Counted from the first letter of the stretch, positions 53,457-63,055 are shown. The stretch is 64,000 nucleotides of DNA from Actinomycetota bacterium (GCA_019347715.1 JAHWKU010000009.1:80-64079), one strand, 5' to 3'. Made by a program: numbers and translations. Notes: a model not told the origin generated them from the letters alone.

Positions 53457-54151
53457 GCGGTTGCTCGCTGAACCACCTGCAGAAATTCCTGTCTTATGTC
53501 TGGATCGTCCTCGTAGTTACCCCTCCAAAACGAGGTCCATGTCTTGGATTGCTCCTCACTCACCCCTCGCATCTGGGTGCAGAGGTGGACGGCTTGAAGA
53601 TGAACGGCCACCCCATGGGGCTCCAGGAGACCAACGAGCGTATCGGCCATCTCCTGACCTATGCGCTCCTGAACCGTGAACCTTCTCGCAAAGAGTCGGA
53701 CGAGGCGGGTGAGTTTGGATATCCCGATTATCTGCTCGTGCGCGATATAGCCCACATGAGCAACTCCATAGAACGGGAGCGCGTGATGTTCGCAGAGCGC
53801 GAAGAAGGGGATAGGCCCTTCGATCACCTGGCTAATGCGACAGTCGGGGCCCCCGCGACATTCGGTTGGGAAAGCTGTCAGCAGCTTCGGGTCGCCTTCA
53901 TAACCTGCTGTTGATTCAAGGAGGGCTCTCAGAAAACGTTCGGGAGTCCTCTTAGTTCCGGGGGTGTCGAGCTCCATTCCAAAACTCGAAAAGATCTCGG
54001 CAACATATCCCTCATACCTTCTCCAAGTATCTTCATCAATGGTCCGTTCCTTGGTCAGCTCCCATTCGGTTGAGTCCTCTGGATCGAAGCGAAGCCTGAG
54101 CTCGGTCTTGAGAGCATTTGTCTCCTTCTTGCCGTCTCTCTCCAATGTCAC
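53453..54151 (-). CDS. folE: GTP cyclohydrolase I
   Basis: FFALCEHHALPFYGVAHVGYIAHEQIIGISKLTRLVRLFARRFTVQERIGQEMA. GTG start follows ATCAGGAGG. Confidence 0.9.
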   Translation of the reverse strand: MTLERDGKKETNALKTELRLRFDPEDSTEWELTKERTIDEDTWRRYEGYVAEIFSSFGMELDTPGTKRTPERFLRALLESTAGYEGDPKLLTAFPTECRGGPDCRISQVIEGPIPFFALCEHHALPFYGVAHVGYIAHEQIIGISKLTRLVRLFARRFTVQERIGQEMADTLVGLLEPHGVAVHLQAVHLCTQMRGVSEEQSKTWTSFWRGNYEDDPDIRQEFLQVVQRATA

Positions 54152-54335
54152 CCTCCTGATAGGAAGTCCAGTTGAGTCCGCAATTGCTCTTGGACGTGGA
54201 ACTTGGGTCGTTCATGGGGCACAACGAACTTTGGCTTACCTAAATTCCAGCGTACTAGGTCAACATGGAATGGATTCTCTCGATGTTGACCAGGACGATC
54301 ATCTGATCGTCACCTGCGGAGGTTTGACTTGGGTG

Positions 54336-55298
54336 TTATCCGCCAGAGGATTCTGGAACGGCGGTGGTCTTGTCTCGTCGGAAGAATCTCCAGACGGCAT
54401 AACCCACTAGGGCCACCAGGGCAAACGGCGCCACCCAGCCGAGGCCGACGATGACCCCAGCGACGACGTTTTGGAACCCTTCCCAAGCTCGAACAAGCGC
54501 ATCCAATAGGGCACCTCTCGCCGGGGGAGGGCCTGCATCAGGCTCGAAAATTCTGACGTTGATCGTCGAGAAGGAAGTTTGATCCTCGAGAAACTTGAGA
54601 CGTCCCTGGATCGACTCGATCTGAAGCTGGATCTGAGAGAGCTGCTGCTGGATCTGGATCATGTCGGAGATTTCTGTGGCCCGGTCGATGAGCCTCAGGT
54701 AGAACGCCTCTTGAGTCTTGGCGTGTCGAAGCCGGGCCTCTAGATCGACGAATTCCGCGCTAACGTCATGACCGGTTTTTTCCTCAGCAGAAACCTCTCC
54801 AAGCTCCTTGAGAGCCTCGATCGCGTCCTCGAACTTGTCCGAAGGAACTCGTAGGGTCACGTTGCCTGATGCGATTCGGCCCTCTGTTTCCTCGGTGCTG
54901 GTGGCGGCAACGAATCCTCCAAACCTTGCAGCCAGGGCGTTGGCCTGCTGAAACTTGTCCTGAAACTCTCCTTCACTGATCCGCACGGAGAGACTGGCGT
55001 TTCGAATGACTCTCTCGCCCGCCCGCAGGTCTCCACCCGGAGGGAGTGGCGGAATCTGTGCCAGTGATTCGTCTCTGGTGGGAGCACTGAGCGCCGCATC
55101 TTCAGGAGCTCCGGGAGCTTGAATGGCATCGGTTTGGCCTTCAGAGGAGAGTTCCTTGGTATCGGCTCGGCTCCCTGGCTGATCGGATCCAGTAGTTCCG
55201 TCGGATTGAGCCTTCGAGCAACCGACGAATAGCAGCAGACCCACAACCCCGATGGCAAGAATCTTTTGCGTCGTCCGCATCGTTTCCCCCTTATCCAT
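54336..55298 (-). CDS. DUF4349-like lipoprotein with coiled-coil and C-terminal TM
   Basis: Signal and lipobox LLLFVGCS, the LSVRISEGEFQDKFQQ... pattern, a coiled coil, and a C-terminal hydrophobic helix. Confidence 0.7.
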   Translation of the reverse strand: MDKGETMRTTQKILAIGVVGLLLFVGCSKAQSDGTTGSDQPGSRADTKELSSEGQTDAIQAPGAPEDAALSAPTRDESLAQIPPLPPGGDLRAGERVIRNASLSVRISEGEFQDKFQQANALAARFGGFVAATSTEETEGRIASGNVTLRVPSDKFEDAIEALKELGEVSAEEKTGHDVSAEFVDLEARLRHAKTQEAFYLRLIDRATEISDMIQIQQQLSQIQLQIESIQGRLKFLEDQTSFSTINVRIFEPDAGPPPARGALLDALVRAWEGFQNVVAGVIVGLGWVAPFALVALVGYAVWRFFRRDKTTAVPESSGG

Positions 55299-55377
55299 TG
55301 AGAGTATGACGGGGCAGTTATTCGAAAAGTTCCCGGGGAGCTGCTCTCATCGACTGAGGATATTCGTAGCAGGTAGG

Positions 55378-56949
55378 CTAAGTATCGAATGGAAGAAACA
55401 TTACGGGGCAGGATAGGCCTCTCGCGATCCTTTCATGCGGGTGGAGTAACAACCTGGAGCGTTCTTTCAAATCCTTTAGAGGGGTGACCACCGCGACCAA
55501 GTCGGCACCGAGGTTTTCTGCCGCTCGGACGGTTTCGCCAACGAAGCTCTCACCTGTGAACTCAATCCAGCGAAAAGGTATCGACCTGCTCCTCGCGGTG
55601 TTTCGCATCAAAGCCACCTGATCGTCTTCGTTCTTGCCCGAAGATAAGACGGCAAGCTCGGCATTGAAGCGCTCGCACCAGTCGTAAATCCATGCCGGTG
55701 CTGAGACGGAATTCGGGCCGGCGACCAATACTCGCGATGGCAGTGCCTCATGGTAATGAACTCGTTGCTCTCTATCCTTTTCCTTCGCTTCCTGCTTCAT
55801 CTTCATGAGGCCCCGGCCCACTACGATCGGGCCTACCAGTTCGAAGACGACAACGCTTCCGAGTACGACCGTAGCCATGTCGTTGCCCGGCCCCGGAAGA
55901 CGTTCTGCAGCAAGGACTGCTAGCCCTACGGCAACTCCAGCTTGTGGAACCAAGTCGATTCCCAAGCGCCTTGCCTGATACATAGGGAGCCCTCCTACGA
56001 TTCCGCCGAGGGTTCCTCCAACGAGCTTGGCACCCGTTCGCACAACGATGTAGACGAGACCAACCATCCCCAGAGCCGGCACTGCTTCCAGGTGCACGGA
56101 GGCTCCCGCCAGTGCGAAGAAGATGAGATAAAGCGGTTGCTCGATCGATCGGACCGCGATGAAAGTTCGTTGGGCAGCGTCGGGTTCCGCCAAGGACGCG
56201 GCCACCGCTCCCATGATGATCGCAACCAAAGGCAATGAGAGCCGCAGTTGAGAAGAGACCGTCCATGCCAGCAAAACGTGGGTAAGGACGAACAGGAGCA
56301 TCTCGCTCGAGGTCTCTATCTGCCTTCCGAGTTTGGCGATGACCCACCCGAAAAAGGCCCCGAGCACCGCTCCTCCAACTCCTCTTCTTAGGAACGGCGC
56401 CAGGGCGGTGAGGACTGTCGGATCGGGGTCCCGCATGAGTATCGCGATCGGCAGAGCGGCGGCGAAGAAGAGGGCGGCCATCGCATCCGAGACAGCGTGT
56501 GTGCCGAGCAGACCATCGGAGTAGCGGTTGCGCACTCTGGTCGACGAGATGATCGAGGCAATCGTCATGGGGGCCCCGGCCCCCGCCACCGTGGCAAGCA
56601 GCAGTGCCGTGGCCGGGTCAGTGCCCAAAGCTGAGGTGGCGACAAATACCGCGGCTCCCGCCAGCAGGTATTGGAGTATCCCGGTCAGTGGCACCCACCG
56701 CGTGGCATGAAGGGCCCTTCGAGAGAGGCGCTCGCCGATCAAAAACATCAATACGCTCAGAGCGATCTCTGTCAGCGGGCGCAGCTGTTGTAGATCGCTC
56801 TGGCTAATGAACTTGAACCCAGAAGGCCCTAGTACAGCGCCAACCAAAAGGAATGCCACCAATTCCGGCACTTCGCGTCGCTTGAACAAGCGGCTCGCCA
56901 GATAGGCGAGCCATGCCAGAACCGTGAGTGTCGTTATTCCCTCTACCAT
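55378..56949 (-). CDS. Cation:proton antiporter (CPA2-like) with C-terminal cytosolic USP-like domain
   Basis: About 11 TM segments (VPELVAFLLVGAVLGPSG at the N-terminus), followed by a ~130-aa soluble alpha/beta tail. Confidence 0.85.
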   Translation of the reverse strand: MVEGITTLTVLAWLAYLASRLFKRREVPELVAFLLVGAVLGPSGFKFISQSDLQQLRPLTEIALSVLMFLIGERLSRRALHATRWVPLTGILQYLLAGAAVFVATSALGTDPATALLLATVAGAGAPMTIASIISSTRVRNRYSDGLLGTHAVSDAMAALFFAAALPIAILMRDPDPTVLTALAPFLRRGVGGAVLGAFFGWVIAKLGRQIETSSEMLLFVLTHVLLAWTVSSQLRLSLPLVAIIMGAVAASLAEPDAAQRTFIAVRSIEQPLYLIFFALAGASVHLEAVPALGMVGLVYIVVRTGAKLVGGTLGGIVGGLPMYQARRLGIDLVPQAGVAVGLAVLAAERLPGPGNDMATVVLGSVVVFELVGPIVVGRGLMKMKQEAKEKDREQRVHYHEALPSRVLVAGPNSVSAPAWIYDWCERFNAELAVLSSGKNEDDQVALMRNTARSRSIPFRWIEFTGESFVGETVRAAENLGADLVAVVTPLKDLKERSRLLLHPHERIARGLSCPVMFLPFDT

Positions 56950-56965
56950 CGGCTGTAGTCGGGGC

Positions 56966-58105
56966 TCAAGGCTGTGATCCTGTCATAGGTTCGAGCTTGA
57001 CGATCGACCCATTGGCGATGTGGACGATCCCCTGCGGGGAGACTGCCACGTCCAAGTTGCAAAAATGCGCCAGCGGTTCTTCGGCCCCGAATCCACCGTC
57101 GGGAAGGATCGGCAGCGAGTGGAGCACCCCGGTGTTGAAAGTGCAGAAGAAGAGTCGTTCGTCTAATTGCGGAACGACGGAATTGCGAACCACGGCTATT
57201 CCGCTCATGCCGTGTGACTCGGGGCCGGAATTCCAGATGGGATCCTTGAACCTTCCACCGCTGGGACCGAACACGACTGGGTGACCGAAGTTTTCTCCCG
57301 GCTTTTCCACCACGTTGACTTCGTCGAACGAGCTCGGTCCATTCTCTGCAACGAACAGTCGCCCGTTATGGGGATCGAATGACAGTCCAAAAGGATTTCG
57401 TAAGCCCATCGCCCAAGCCCGTGATCCAGGGAAGGGATTATCGGCAGGCGCCACGCCATCGGTGTTGACTCGAAGGATCTTGCCAACCGGAGAGGCTGCG
57501 TCTTGGGCCTGGTCCGGCCGCTGGGTATCCCCGACGGCGACGTAGAGCATCCCATCTGGGCCGAAGGTCAGTCTTCCACCCGCGTGCTTGTCACGCGACG
57601 GTGGAATGTCGTCGATGATCGTGGCTTCGACAGTCGCTTGGTTGTTGGTCTCGACGAGTCTCACGACTTTGTTTCCCTTCGCCGTTCCGTCGGGTTTGGG
57701 CTCGGTGTAATAGGCATACATGCGGTGATTGGTCGCAAATGCCGGGTCGAGAGCGAGTCCCAGGAGCCCGAACTCCCCGATCTTGGAGACCTCGAACAGC
57801 GCGACAGGGGTCGGATTCAAGACGCCCGTCGTATCGATGACTCGGATCGCCCCTTCCTTAGCCTGCGCGAAGAAGATCCTGCCGTCGGGAGCAAAATTGA
57901 TCGCAACGGGGAGTCCCAAGTTTTCTGCTAGTACCACCTCCCTGTACCCCGTGACCATCGGTGATGGAGAAGGTGATGGAGAAGGGGACGGGGAAGGTGT
58001 GGGAGCGACTTCCACTTCTGGTGAAGCCGGCCTGCATGAGACGAGCATGACCGTCAGAAGAACTGCGGCGGCCGCGACCGGTCTCGTCACCACATTGGAT
58101 CTCAT
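56966..58105 (-). CDS. PQQ-dependent sugar (glucose/sorbosone) dehydrogenase, secreted
   Basis: Signal peptide, (SP)n linker, then LLGLALDP, HAGGRLTFGPDGMLYVAVGD and GLRNPFGLSFDP. Confidence 0.85.
   Translation of the reverse strand: MRSNVVTRPVAAAAVLLTVMLVSCRPASPEVEVAPTPSPSPSPSPSPSPMVTGYREVVLAENLGLPVAINFAPDGRIFFAQAKEGAIRVIDTTGVLNPTPVALFEVSKIGEFGLLGLALDPAFATNHRMYAYYTEPKPDGTAKGNKVVRLVETNNQATVEATIIDDIPPSRDKHAGGRLTFGPDGMLYVAVGDTQRPDQAQDAASPVGKILRVNTDGVAPADNPFPGSRAWAMGLRNPFGLSFDPHNGRLFVAENGPSSFDEVNVVEKPGENFGHPVVFGPSGGRFKDPIWNSGPESHGMSGIAVVRNSVVPQLDERLFFCTFNTGVLHSLPILPDGGFGAEEPLAHFCNLDVAVSPQGIVHIANGSIVKLEPMTGSQP
57959..58000 (-). repeat. Coding tandem repeat encoding PSPSPSPSPSPSP linker
   Basis: ggtgatggagaa-type 12-nt units read directly, in frame in CDS 56966..58105. 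Confidence 0.75.
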
Positions 58106-58118
58106 CGGCAGAGACCTC

Positions 58119-59153
58119 TCAGAAGATGGGTGTCTGGAGTATCTGAGAAGGCCACAGTGCGCCCATCATGAGACCCAACACGAAGAGAGCGCCGGCCCGT
58201 CTTGCGTGAAGGAATGCCCATGGAGCAAACCAGAGTGGCCAAAGTGGATAGTCCTCGGGAGGAGCTTCTGGCTTGGGCTCGGCATAGGCGCGCCGGGCTT
58301 TCCAATAAACCGGAAGAGCCGCGAATGCGACCAGGGTGAATATGGAAAGGATGCCTGTGGTCACGAGAACCGCTATCGAGAGGTAGAAAGCGAGCATTCC
58401 CACCGCAGTAACGGCCCTCGATCGTGAGTCCCCGAGGAGAACCGGCACCGTTCTTATGTTCTCTGGCTTGTCCCACGGCGCCTTGTCGATGTGCTTTCCC
58501 ATCAGCACGCTTGCAACCAAGAATGCGTATGGCAGTGAGGCGAGGATCACCTCCAGCGGAATCGTTCCAACCGCTGCGTAGTAAGTGCCGCCGACCATGA
58601 GAGGGCCCCAGATGATGAACACACTTGGCTCTCCAAGGCCCCGATGCTTCAACCGAAGGGGAGGTGCAACGTAGAAGACGCTGATGAACAGGCCTCCCAG
58701 GGCAAACGCGATCACCGGCCACCCTCTATAGACGAAAAGCGCAATCATGATCGCGGCGTCGATCACGTTGGCTACAGCAATCGCCCGGAGTAGTCCTGCC
58801 TTGGTGACCAGTCCCGAAAGAACAGGATGGGGGGCATATAGAGCTCGCGGATAAGCCTCTGTGTCGAGCCCGACGCCCAGATCGAAGTAGTCGTTGATCA
58901 TGTTGTTCGCCGCGTGTGCAACCACGAGTCCAATCGCAGCGAGGATGAACAGGCCCCACTCGAAGCCCGGTGCCCTCACGGCTAGGAGACCGGCCACAGC
59001 CACCGAGGTGAGAGTCATCGGCTGAACGCATGCGCGCGTCACGACGAGCCATCTCGAGATGGGATCGATCCTGGCTTCTTTCGGGGCGCTGCATGTCACC
59101 AGAATCCGCCGCCACGTTTCGGTTCGGGTAGGGAGTTCGGTTCGTTCGATCAC
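58119..59153 (-). CDS. UbiA-family prenyltransferase
   Basis: Polytopic, with the NxxxDxxxD context AANNMINDYFDLGVGLD. Confidence 0.8.
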   Translation of the reverse strand: MIERTELPTRTETWRRILVTCSAPKEARIDPISRWLVVTRACVQPMTLTSVAVAGLLAVRAPGFEWGLFILAAIGLVVAHAANNMINDYFDLGVGLDTEAYPRALYAPHPVLSGLVTKAGLLRAIAVANVIDAAIMIALFVYRGWPVIAFALGGLFISVFYVAPPLRLKHRGLGEPSVFIIWGPLMVGGTYYAAVGTIPLEVILASLPYAFLVASVLMGKHIDKAPWDKPENIRTVPVLLGDSRSRAVTAVGMLAFYLSIAVLVTTGILSIFTLVAFAALPVYWKARRAYAEPKPEAPPEDYPLWPLWFAPWAFLHARRAGALFVLGLMMGALWPSQILQTPIF

Positions 59154-59253
59154 CCCATGAGCATAGGAGATTTCACAGCATCTTCACGCACCAGTCATGG
59201 GCTCAACACAGGCAGATGCGAAAACTATGGTCACAGGAACGAAAGGAGAAGAG

Positions 59254-59757
59254 ATGAAGTGGACTATGAAGTTGATGGTGGCTCTGGTCTCGGTAGTGAT
59301 GGCGGCATTGGGCACCACTGCAGTGGCTCAGACTCCCGACCCAGAATCGGCACCTGAGTCCACCGAAGAGGGCCAGGTCCGCAAGGCGGACACACATCGC
59401 AGGGCCGAGAAGTTGGCCCACCGAGGTGGGAAAGACGGGTGCGGCCCCGCGGAGCCGCGCGACAGGGCAAAGCGGATAGTTCACAGCGAGACCAAGGTTC
59501 GACTCGACGATGGATTTGGAACAAGGACGCTCGACGTTGGCGAGGTCACTTCCGTGGATGGCAACCAGATCACCATCCGCAGGGCTGACGGCGAAACTGT
59601 TTCAGCCACGGCTGCCGAAGGAACAAGAGTGTGCCGCGATGGTGACGAGTCTTCTCTGGAGAACATCGAGTCGGGAGACACCGCAGTGCTAATGCAGAGG
59701 ACCCAGGACGACGGGACTCAGTTGAAGGGAGTAAGGGCGTTCTCTCAAGAGGACTAA
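59254..59757 (+). CDS. Hypothetical secreted protein
   Basis: MKWTMKLMVALVSVVMAALGTTAVAQ signal peptide. ATG at 59254 follows AAAGGAGAAG. The track start at 59197 is an alternative. Confidence 0.55.
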   Translation: MKWTMKLMVALVSVVMAALGTTAVAQTPDPESAPESTEEGQVRKADTHRRAEKLAHRGGKDGCGPAEPRDRAKRIVHSETKVRLDDGFGTRTLDVGEVTSVDGNQITIRRADGETVSATAAEGTRVCRDGDESSLENIESGDTAVLMQRTQDDGTQLKGVRAFSQED

Positions 59758-59776
59758 ATAGCCCCCAACGATAGAG

Positions 59777-59803
59777 AGTGCGCCCGCGATCCGCGGGCGC
59801 ACT
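59777..59803 (+). terminator. Perfect 12-bp GC-rich hairpin (AGTGCGCCCGCG-atc-CGCGGGCGCACT)
   Basis: Seen directly, 20 nt after the stop at 59757. It has no clear U-tract, so intrinsic-terminator function is uncertain. Confidence 0.4.
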
Positions 59804-59809
59804 ACTATC

Positions 59810-60493
59810 TTGAAGACAATGGCTGAAGGCAGAATCCTCATAGTCGAAGACGAGAAGAACATCGCTTCTCTCGTCACTCTTTACCTCGAAAATGAGGGAT
59901 TCCGTGTGAACCACGTGACCGATGGCTCAAAGGCATTGGACGCGGTGCGCCGCTTCGAGCCCGACCTTGTAGTACTCGATGTGATGCTGCCTGGGATGGA
60001 CGGCACCGAGATTTGCAGGCGTCTGCGTGCTGAGGGCGACATCCCCATCATCATGCTGACCGCAAGAGACCAGGAGGTCGACAAGGTCGTCGGTCTCGAG
60101 CTTGGAGCCGACGACTATGTCACCAAGCCGTTTTCTCCAAGAGAGCTGGTGGCGAGAGTAAAGGCCGTCTTGAGGAGAACATCGGAATGCAGTGGGAAGA
60201 CCGAGAAGTTCTCGCTCGGGGTTCTTTCACTCGACGTCGACCGCAGGCAGGTTACCGTCGATGGATCGCCGGTAGAGCTGACCGCCAGAGAATTCGATCT
60301 GCTCGCCTTTCTTGTTCGCAACCGTGGCATTGTCTTTTCAAGGGATCGTTTGATGGAAAGAGTCTGGGAATACGATCATCCGGTAGACAGCAGGACGGTC
60401 GACTCTCACGTCAAGAGCCTGAGACAAAAGCTCGGTAGTGCAGCGGACCTGATCAAGACGGTGCGCGGGGTTGGCTACAAGGCAGACATCTAA
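59810..60493 (+). CDS. OmpR/PhoB-family response regulator
   Basis: The receiver domain has ILIVEDE, DLVVLDVMLPGMDG and TARD. The winged-helix domain has LTAREFDLLAFL and VRGVGYK. Confidence 0.9.
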   Translation: MKTMAEGRILIVEDEKNIASLVTLYLENEGFRVNHVTDGSKALDAVRRFEPDLVVLDVMLPGMDGTEICRRLRAEGDIPIIMLTARDQEVDKVVGLELGADDYVTKPFSPRELVARVKAVLRRTSECSGKTEKFSLGVLSLDVDRRQVTVDGSPVELTAREFDLLAFLVRNRGIVFSRDRLMERVWEYDHPVDSRTVDSHVKSLRQKLGSAADLIKTVRGVGYKADI

Positions 60494-60496
60494 GGG

Positions 60497-61837
60497 ATGA
60501 GCCTTCGTCGCAGGCTATCGATTGCTCTTTCAGCCGTTGCCGCTTTGTCGGTGCTGTTCACCGCTTTAGTGGCGATCGGGCTCGTCAGGCGCTTTGCAGA
60601 GACCAGCGCGCTCAACGAGTTGAAGCGCCTCGGCCAGGCGGTGGCCCTCGAGGTGGGGGCGGGAAGACTTCTTGCGGAAAGGGAATTTGGGCCGACCCAG
60701 AGAATCCTTCTCATCAGTGGCGCCAGGCTGGCCGTGGTGCGCCCGGACGGAAGGATAGATGGCGATGCGGCGCCGATAGTCGATGCGATAGCCGATGCCG
60801 AGCTGCTTCTGCAAGGCACGGAGATCGAGGGAACGGTGGCTCATGACGGCCGTTCGTATGCCTATGTGGGCTTTCCTATAGTCGCAAGGCGCTTCGCCCA
60901 CGGCGTCATCCTGGTCCGCCCTGTCGGTCTCGCCGAAACCATCGGGGGACCGATCCTCGCAAGGATCATTCTGGCGGCCGGCGCAGCCGTCGTCGTAGCG
61001 ATAGTGATCTCAACATTTTTGGCTCGACGCCTTTCTGAACCCCTCCACGAGCTATCAGAAGCAACGGAACAGGTGGCGTCTGGCGAACTGGCCCATCGAG
61101 TGAAGGTGAGCTCCGATGACGAGATCGGCAAACTCGGCGAGTCCTTCAACGAGATGGCAGCCGCTCTCGAAGAAGCCAAGCGGCGCGAGTCAGAGTTCCT
61201 TCAGAACGTCTCCCACGAGCTTCGAACGCCCGTCACGGCCATAAAGGGATATGTCGAAGCCCTCGAGGAAGGAGCCGTCAGAGACCAGAAGGGAAGGAGA
61301 CACGCCCTTTCGATCATCAGGTCCGAGACCGAAAGGGTGGAAAGACTCATCGAAGACGTGACCGACCTTGCGCGGCTCGGCTCCCGTGAGTTCCGCCTCG
61401 ATGTTCATCGCGTTGATCTTGCCTCGACACTACAGAGTGCTGCAGACGCCCATTCAGGAGACGCTCGGTTCTCCCGCGTTGCCCTGGAGGTGGAGGTCGA
61501 AGGGAGCCTCGAGGCCGAGACCGACGAGGGACGGGTGAGGCAGATCGTGTCGAATCTCCTGAGTAATGCCCTAAAAGTGACTCCGGCCGGGGGGACGGTC
61601 CGTCTTTTCGGCAAGGCGTCCGATGGAAGTGTCGTGATCTCCGTTTCCGATACGGGGCCGGGGATTCCGACCGAACACCTAGACCACGTGTTCGAGCGCT
61701 CCTATCTCAGGGTCGGGGGCCTCGGTCTGGCAATCGTTCGCGAACTGATCTCGACTTTGGGCGGAGAAGTGGAGGTGAAAAGTGACCAGGGCAAAGGCAC
61801 CACATTCATTGTGAAGGTGCCAACCCACCCCGCTTAA
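60497..61837 (+). CDS. Sensor histidine kinase (2 TM, HAMP, HisKA, HATPase_c)
   Basis: H-box SHELRTPVTAIKGY, N-box LLSNALK, G-boxes DTGPGI and GLGLAIV. Confidence 0.9.
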   Translation: MSLRRRLSIALSAVAALSVLFTALVAIGLVRRFAETSALNELKRLGQAVALEVGAGRLLAEREFGPTQRILLISGARLAVVRPDGRIDGDAAPIVDAIADAELLLQGTEIEGTVAHDGRSYAYVGFPIVARRFAHGVILVRPVGLAETIGGPILARIILAAGAAVVVAIVISTFLARRLSEPLHELSEATEQVASGELAHRVKVSSDDEIGKLGESFNEMAAALEEAKRRESEFLQNVSHELRTPVTAIKGYVEALEEGAVRDQKGRRHALSIIRSETERVERLIEDVTDLARLGSREFRLDVHRVDLASTLQSAADAHSGDARFSRVALEVEVEGSLEAETDEGRVRQIVSNLLSNALKVTPAGGTVRLFGKASDGSVVISVSDTGPGIPTEHLDHVFERSYLRVGGLGLAIVRELISTLGGEVEVKSDQGKGTTFIVKVPTHPA

Positions 61838-62595
61838 ACCCGCGACACGATCTCCGGCAGAACTTCTCCGATCGGGTTCCGAAATACCGCTGAGGCCGAT
61901 CGATTGAATGGTGTCGGTTCGGCGTTGATGATCACCAGCTCGGCCCCCGCTCTGAGGGCGTACTCAGGCATATAAGCGACCGGAGTGACTTCGAGCGTGC
62001 TTCCAATTGCAAGCAGAACGTCGCATGTAGATGCGGCGTGGAAGGCCCGGTCGAGATCCTCTTCGACGAGCTGCTGGCCAAACGAGACAGTCGCAGACTT
62101 GAGGATTCCCCCGCAGGAGCGGCAGTCAGGGTCCTCCTCGCCAGCCTCAACGCGAGCGAGAGCGCGTTCCATGGGGGCCCGCTCTCCGCAGTCCAGACAC
62201 ACGACCTCCCTCGTGTGTCCATGGACTTCGATGAGAATCTCTGGGGACGTCCCTGCGTCGAGGTGCAGGCTGTCGATATTTTGGGTGACGAGGGTATCGA
62301 GCTTTCCTTTCTTCTCCAGGTCGACGAGTGCCGAATGACCCCGGTTCGGCTGGAAACGACCCGGCCGCAAATCTTTTCTTGCCTTCCATGCGCGCACCCT
62401 CACATCTTTGTCGGCGACGTAGTACTGAATATGAGACAACTTCTGGGCTTCTGGATTCTTCGTCCATAGGCCCTGGGGTCCGCGGAAGTCCGGAATGCCG
62501 GACTCTGTGGATATTCCGGCTCCCGTCAGAACGACGACTTTGGTCGCGGATCGGATGGAGGCCGCGATGGCCTCGATTTCTGCGAGCTGACTCAT
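61834..62595 (-). CDS. cobB: NAD-dependent protein deacylase (Sir2 family)
   Basis: GAGISTESGIPDFRGPQGLW, QNIDSLH, and the zinc site CLDCG...CRSCGG. Start at MSQLAEI (ATG at 62595). The track extension to 62691 is not needed. Confidence 0.88.
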   Translation of the reverse strand: MSQLAEIEAIAASIRSATKVVVLTGAGISTESGIPDFRGPQGLWTKNPEAQKLSHIQYYVADKDVRVRAWKARKDLRPGRFQPNRGHSALVDLEKKGKLDTLVTQNIDSLHLDAGTSPEILIEVHGHTREVVCLDCGERAPMERALARVEAGEEDPDCRSCGGILKSATVSFGQQLVEEDLDRAFHAASTCDVLLAIGSTLEVTPVAYMPEYALRAGAELVIINAEPTPFNRSASAVFRNPIGEVLPEIVSRV

Positions 62596-62680
62596 ATATC
62601 CAACATAATCGCTCGTCCTCTGTTTACGAGATTGTTCCTTGGGTGTACAAAGGTAGTCGTTCGCAAGCAAAGGAGACACA

Positions 62681-63043
62681 GTGAAGGTCACCTACTTCGT
62701 TTCTACAGGTGCTTCTGATCCCACCGCCGCGTCGGTTCCGATCCATCTAGCCGTGAATGGTTCGGTCGAGCTGGGCCAGGAGGTGAGCTTGGTCCTGGGT
62801 GGCGATGCAGCCGAGCTCTTGGATCCCAAAGTGAGGGATTCGCTGGAGGGTGTCGGACTGCCCTCCATGAAGGAACTGATGGAAAAGGTTAGGGATAAGG
62901 GCCTAGCGGTTTACGTCTGAAAGGGCTGCGCAGTCGCCCGTGGGGCGACCGAAGAGCAACTGGCCGAAATCGGAGGCACCTGGGTTACTCCACCGGAAGC
63001 CGCCAAGATCCTGACTGAAGCAGACAAGACCCTGACGTTCTAA
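62681..63043 (+). CDS. DsrE/DsrF-like protein with in-frame TGA at codon 80 (candidate selenocysteine in a UxxC motif)
   Basis: GTG at 62681 follows AAGGAG. The 79-aa ORF ends ...GLAVYV-TGA, and the same frame continues KGCAVARGATEEQLAEIGGTWVTPPEAAKILTEADKTLTF to TAA at 63041..63043. The total of 120 aa matches the usual DsrE-like length. Confidence 0.55.
62933..62949 (+). promoter_or_regulatory. Hairpin GTCGCCC-gtg-GGGCGAC 12 nt downstream of the in-frame TGA (SECIS-like)
   Basis: Seen directly: a 7-bp GC-rich stem with apical loop GUG starting 19 nt after the UGA. Confidence 0.35.
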
Positions 63044-63055
63044 GCTGACCGAGCT

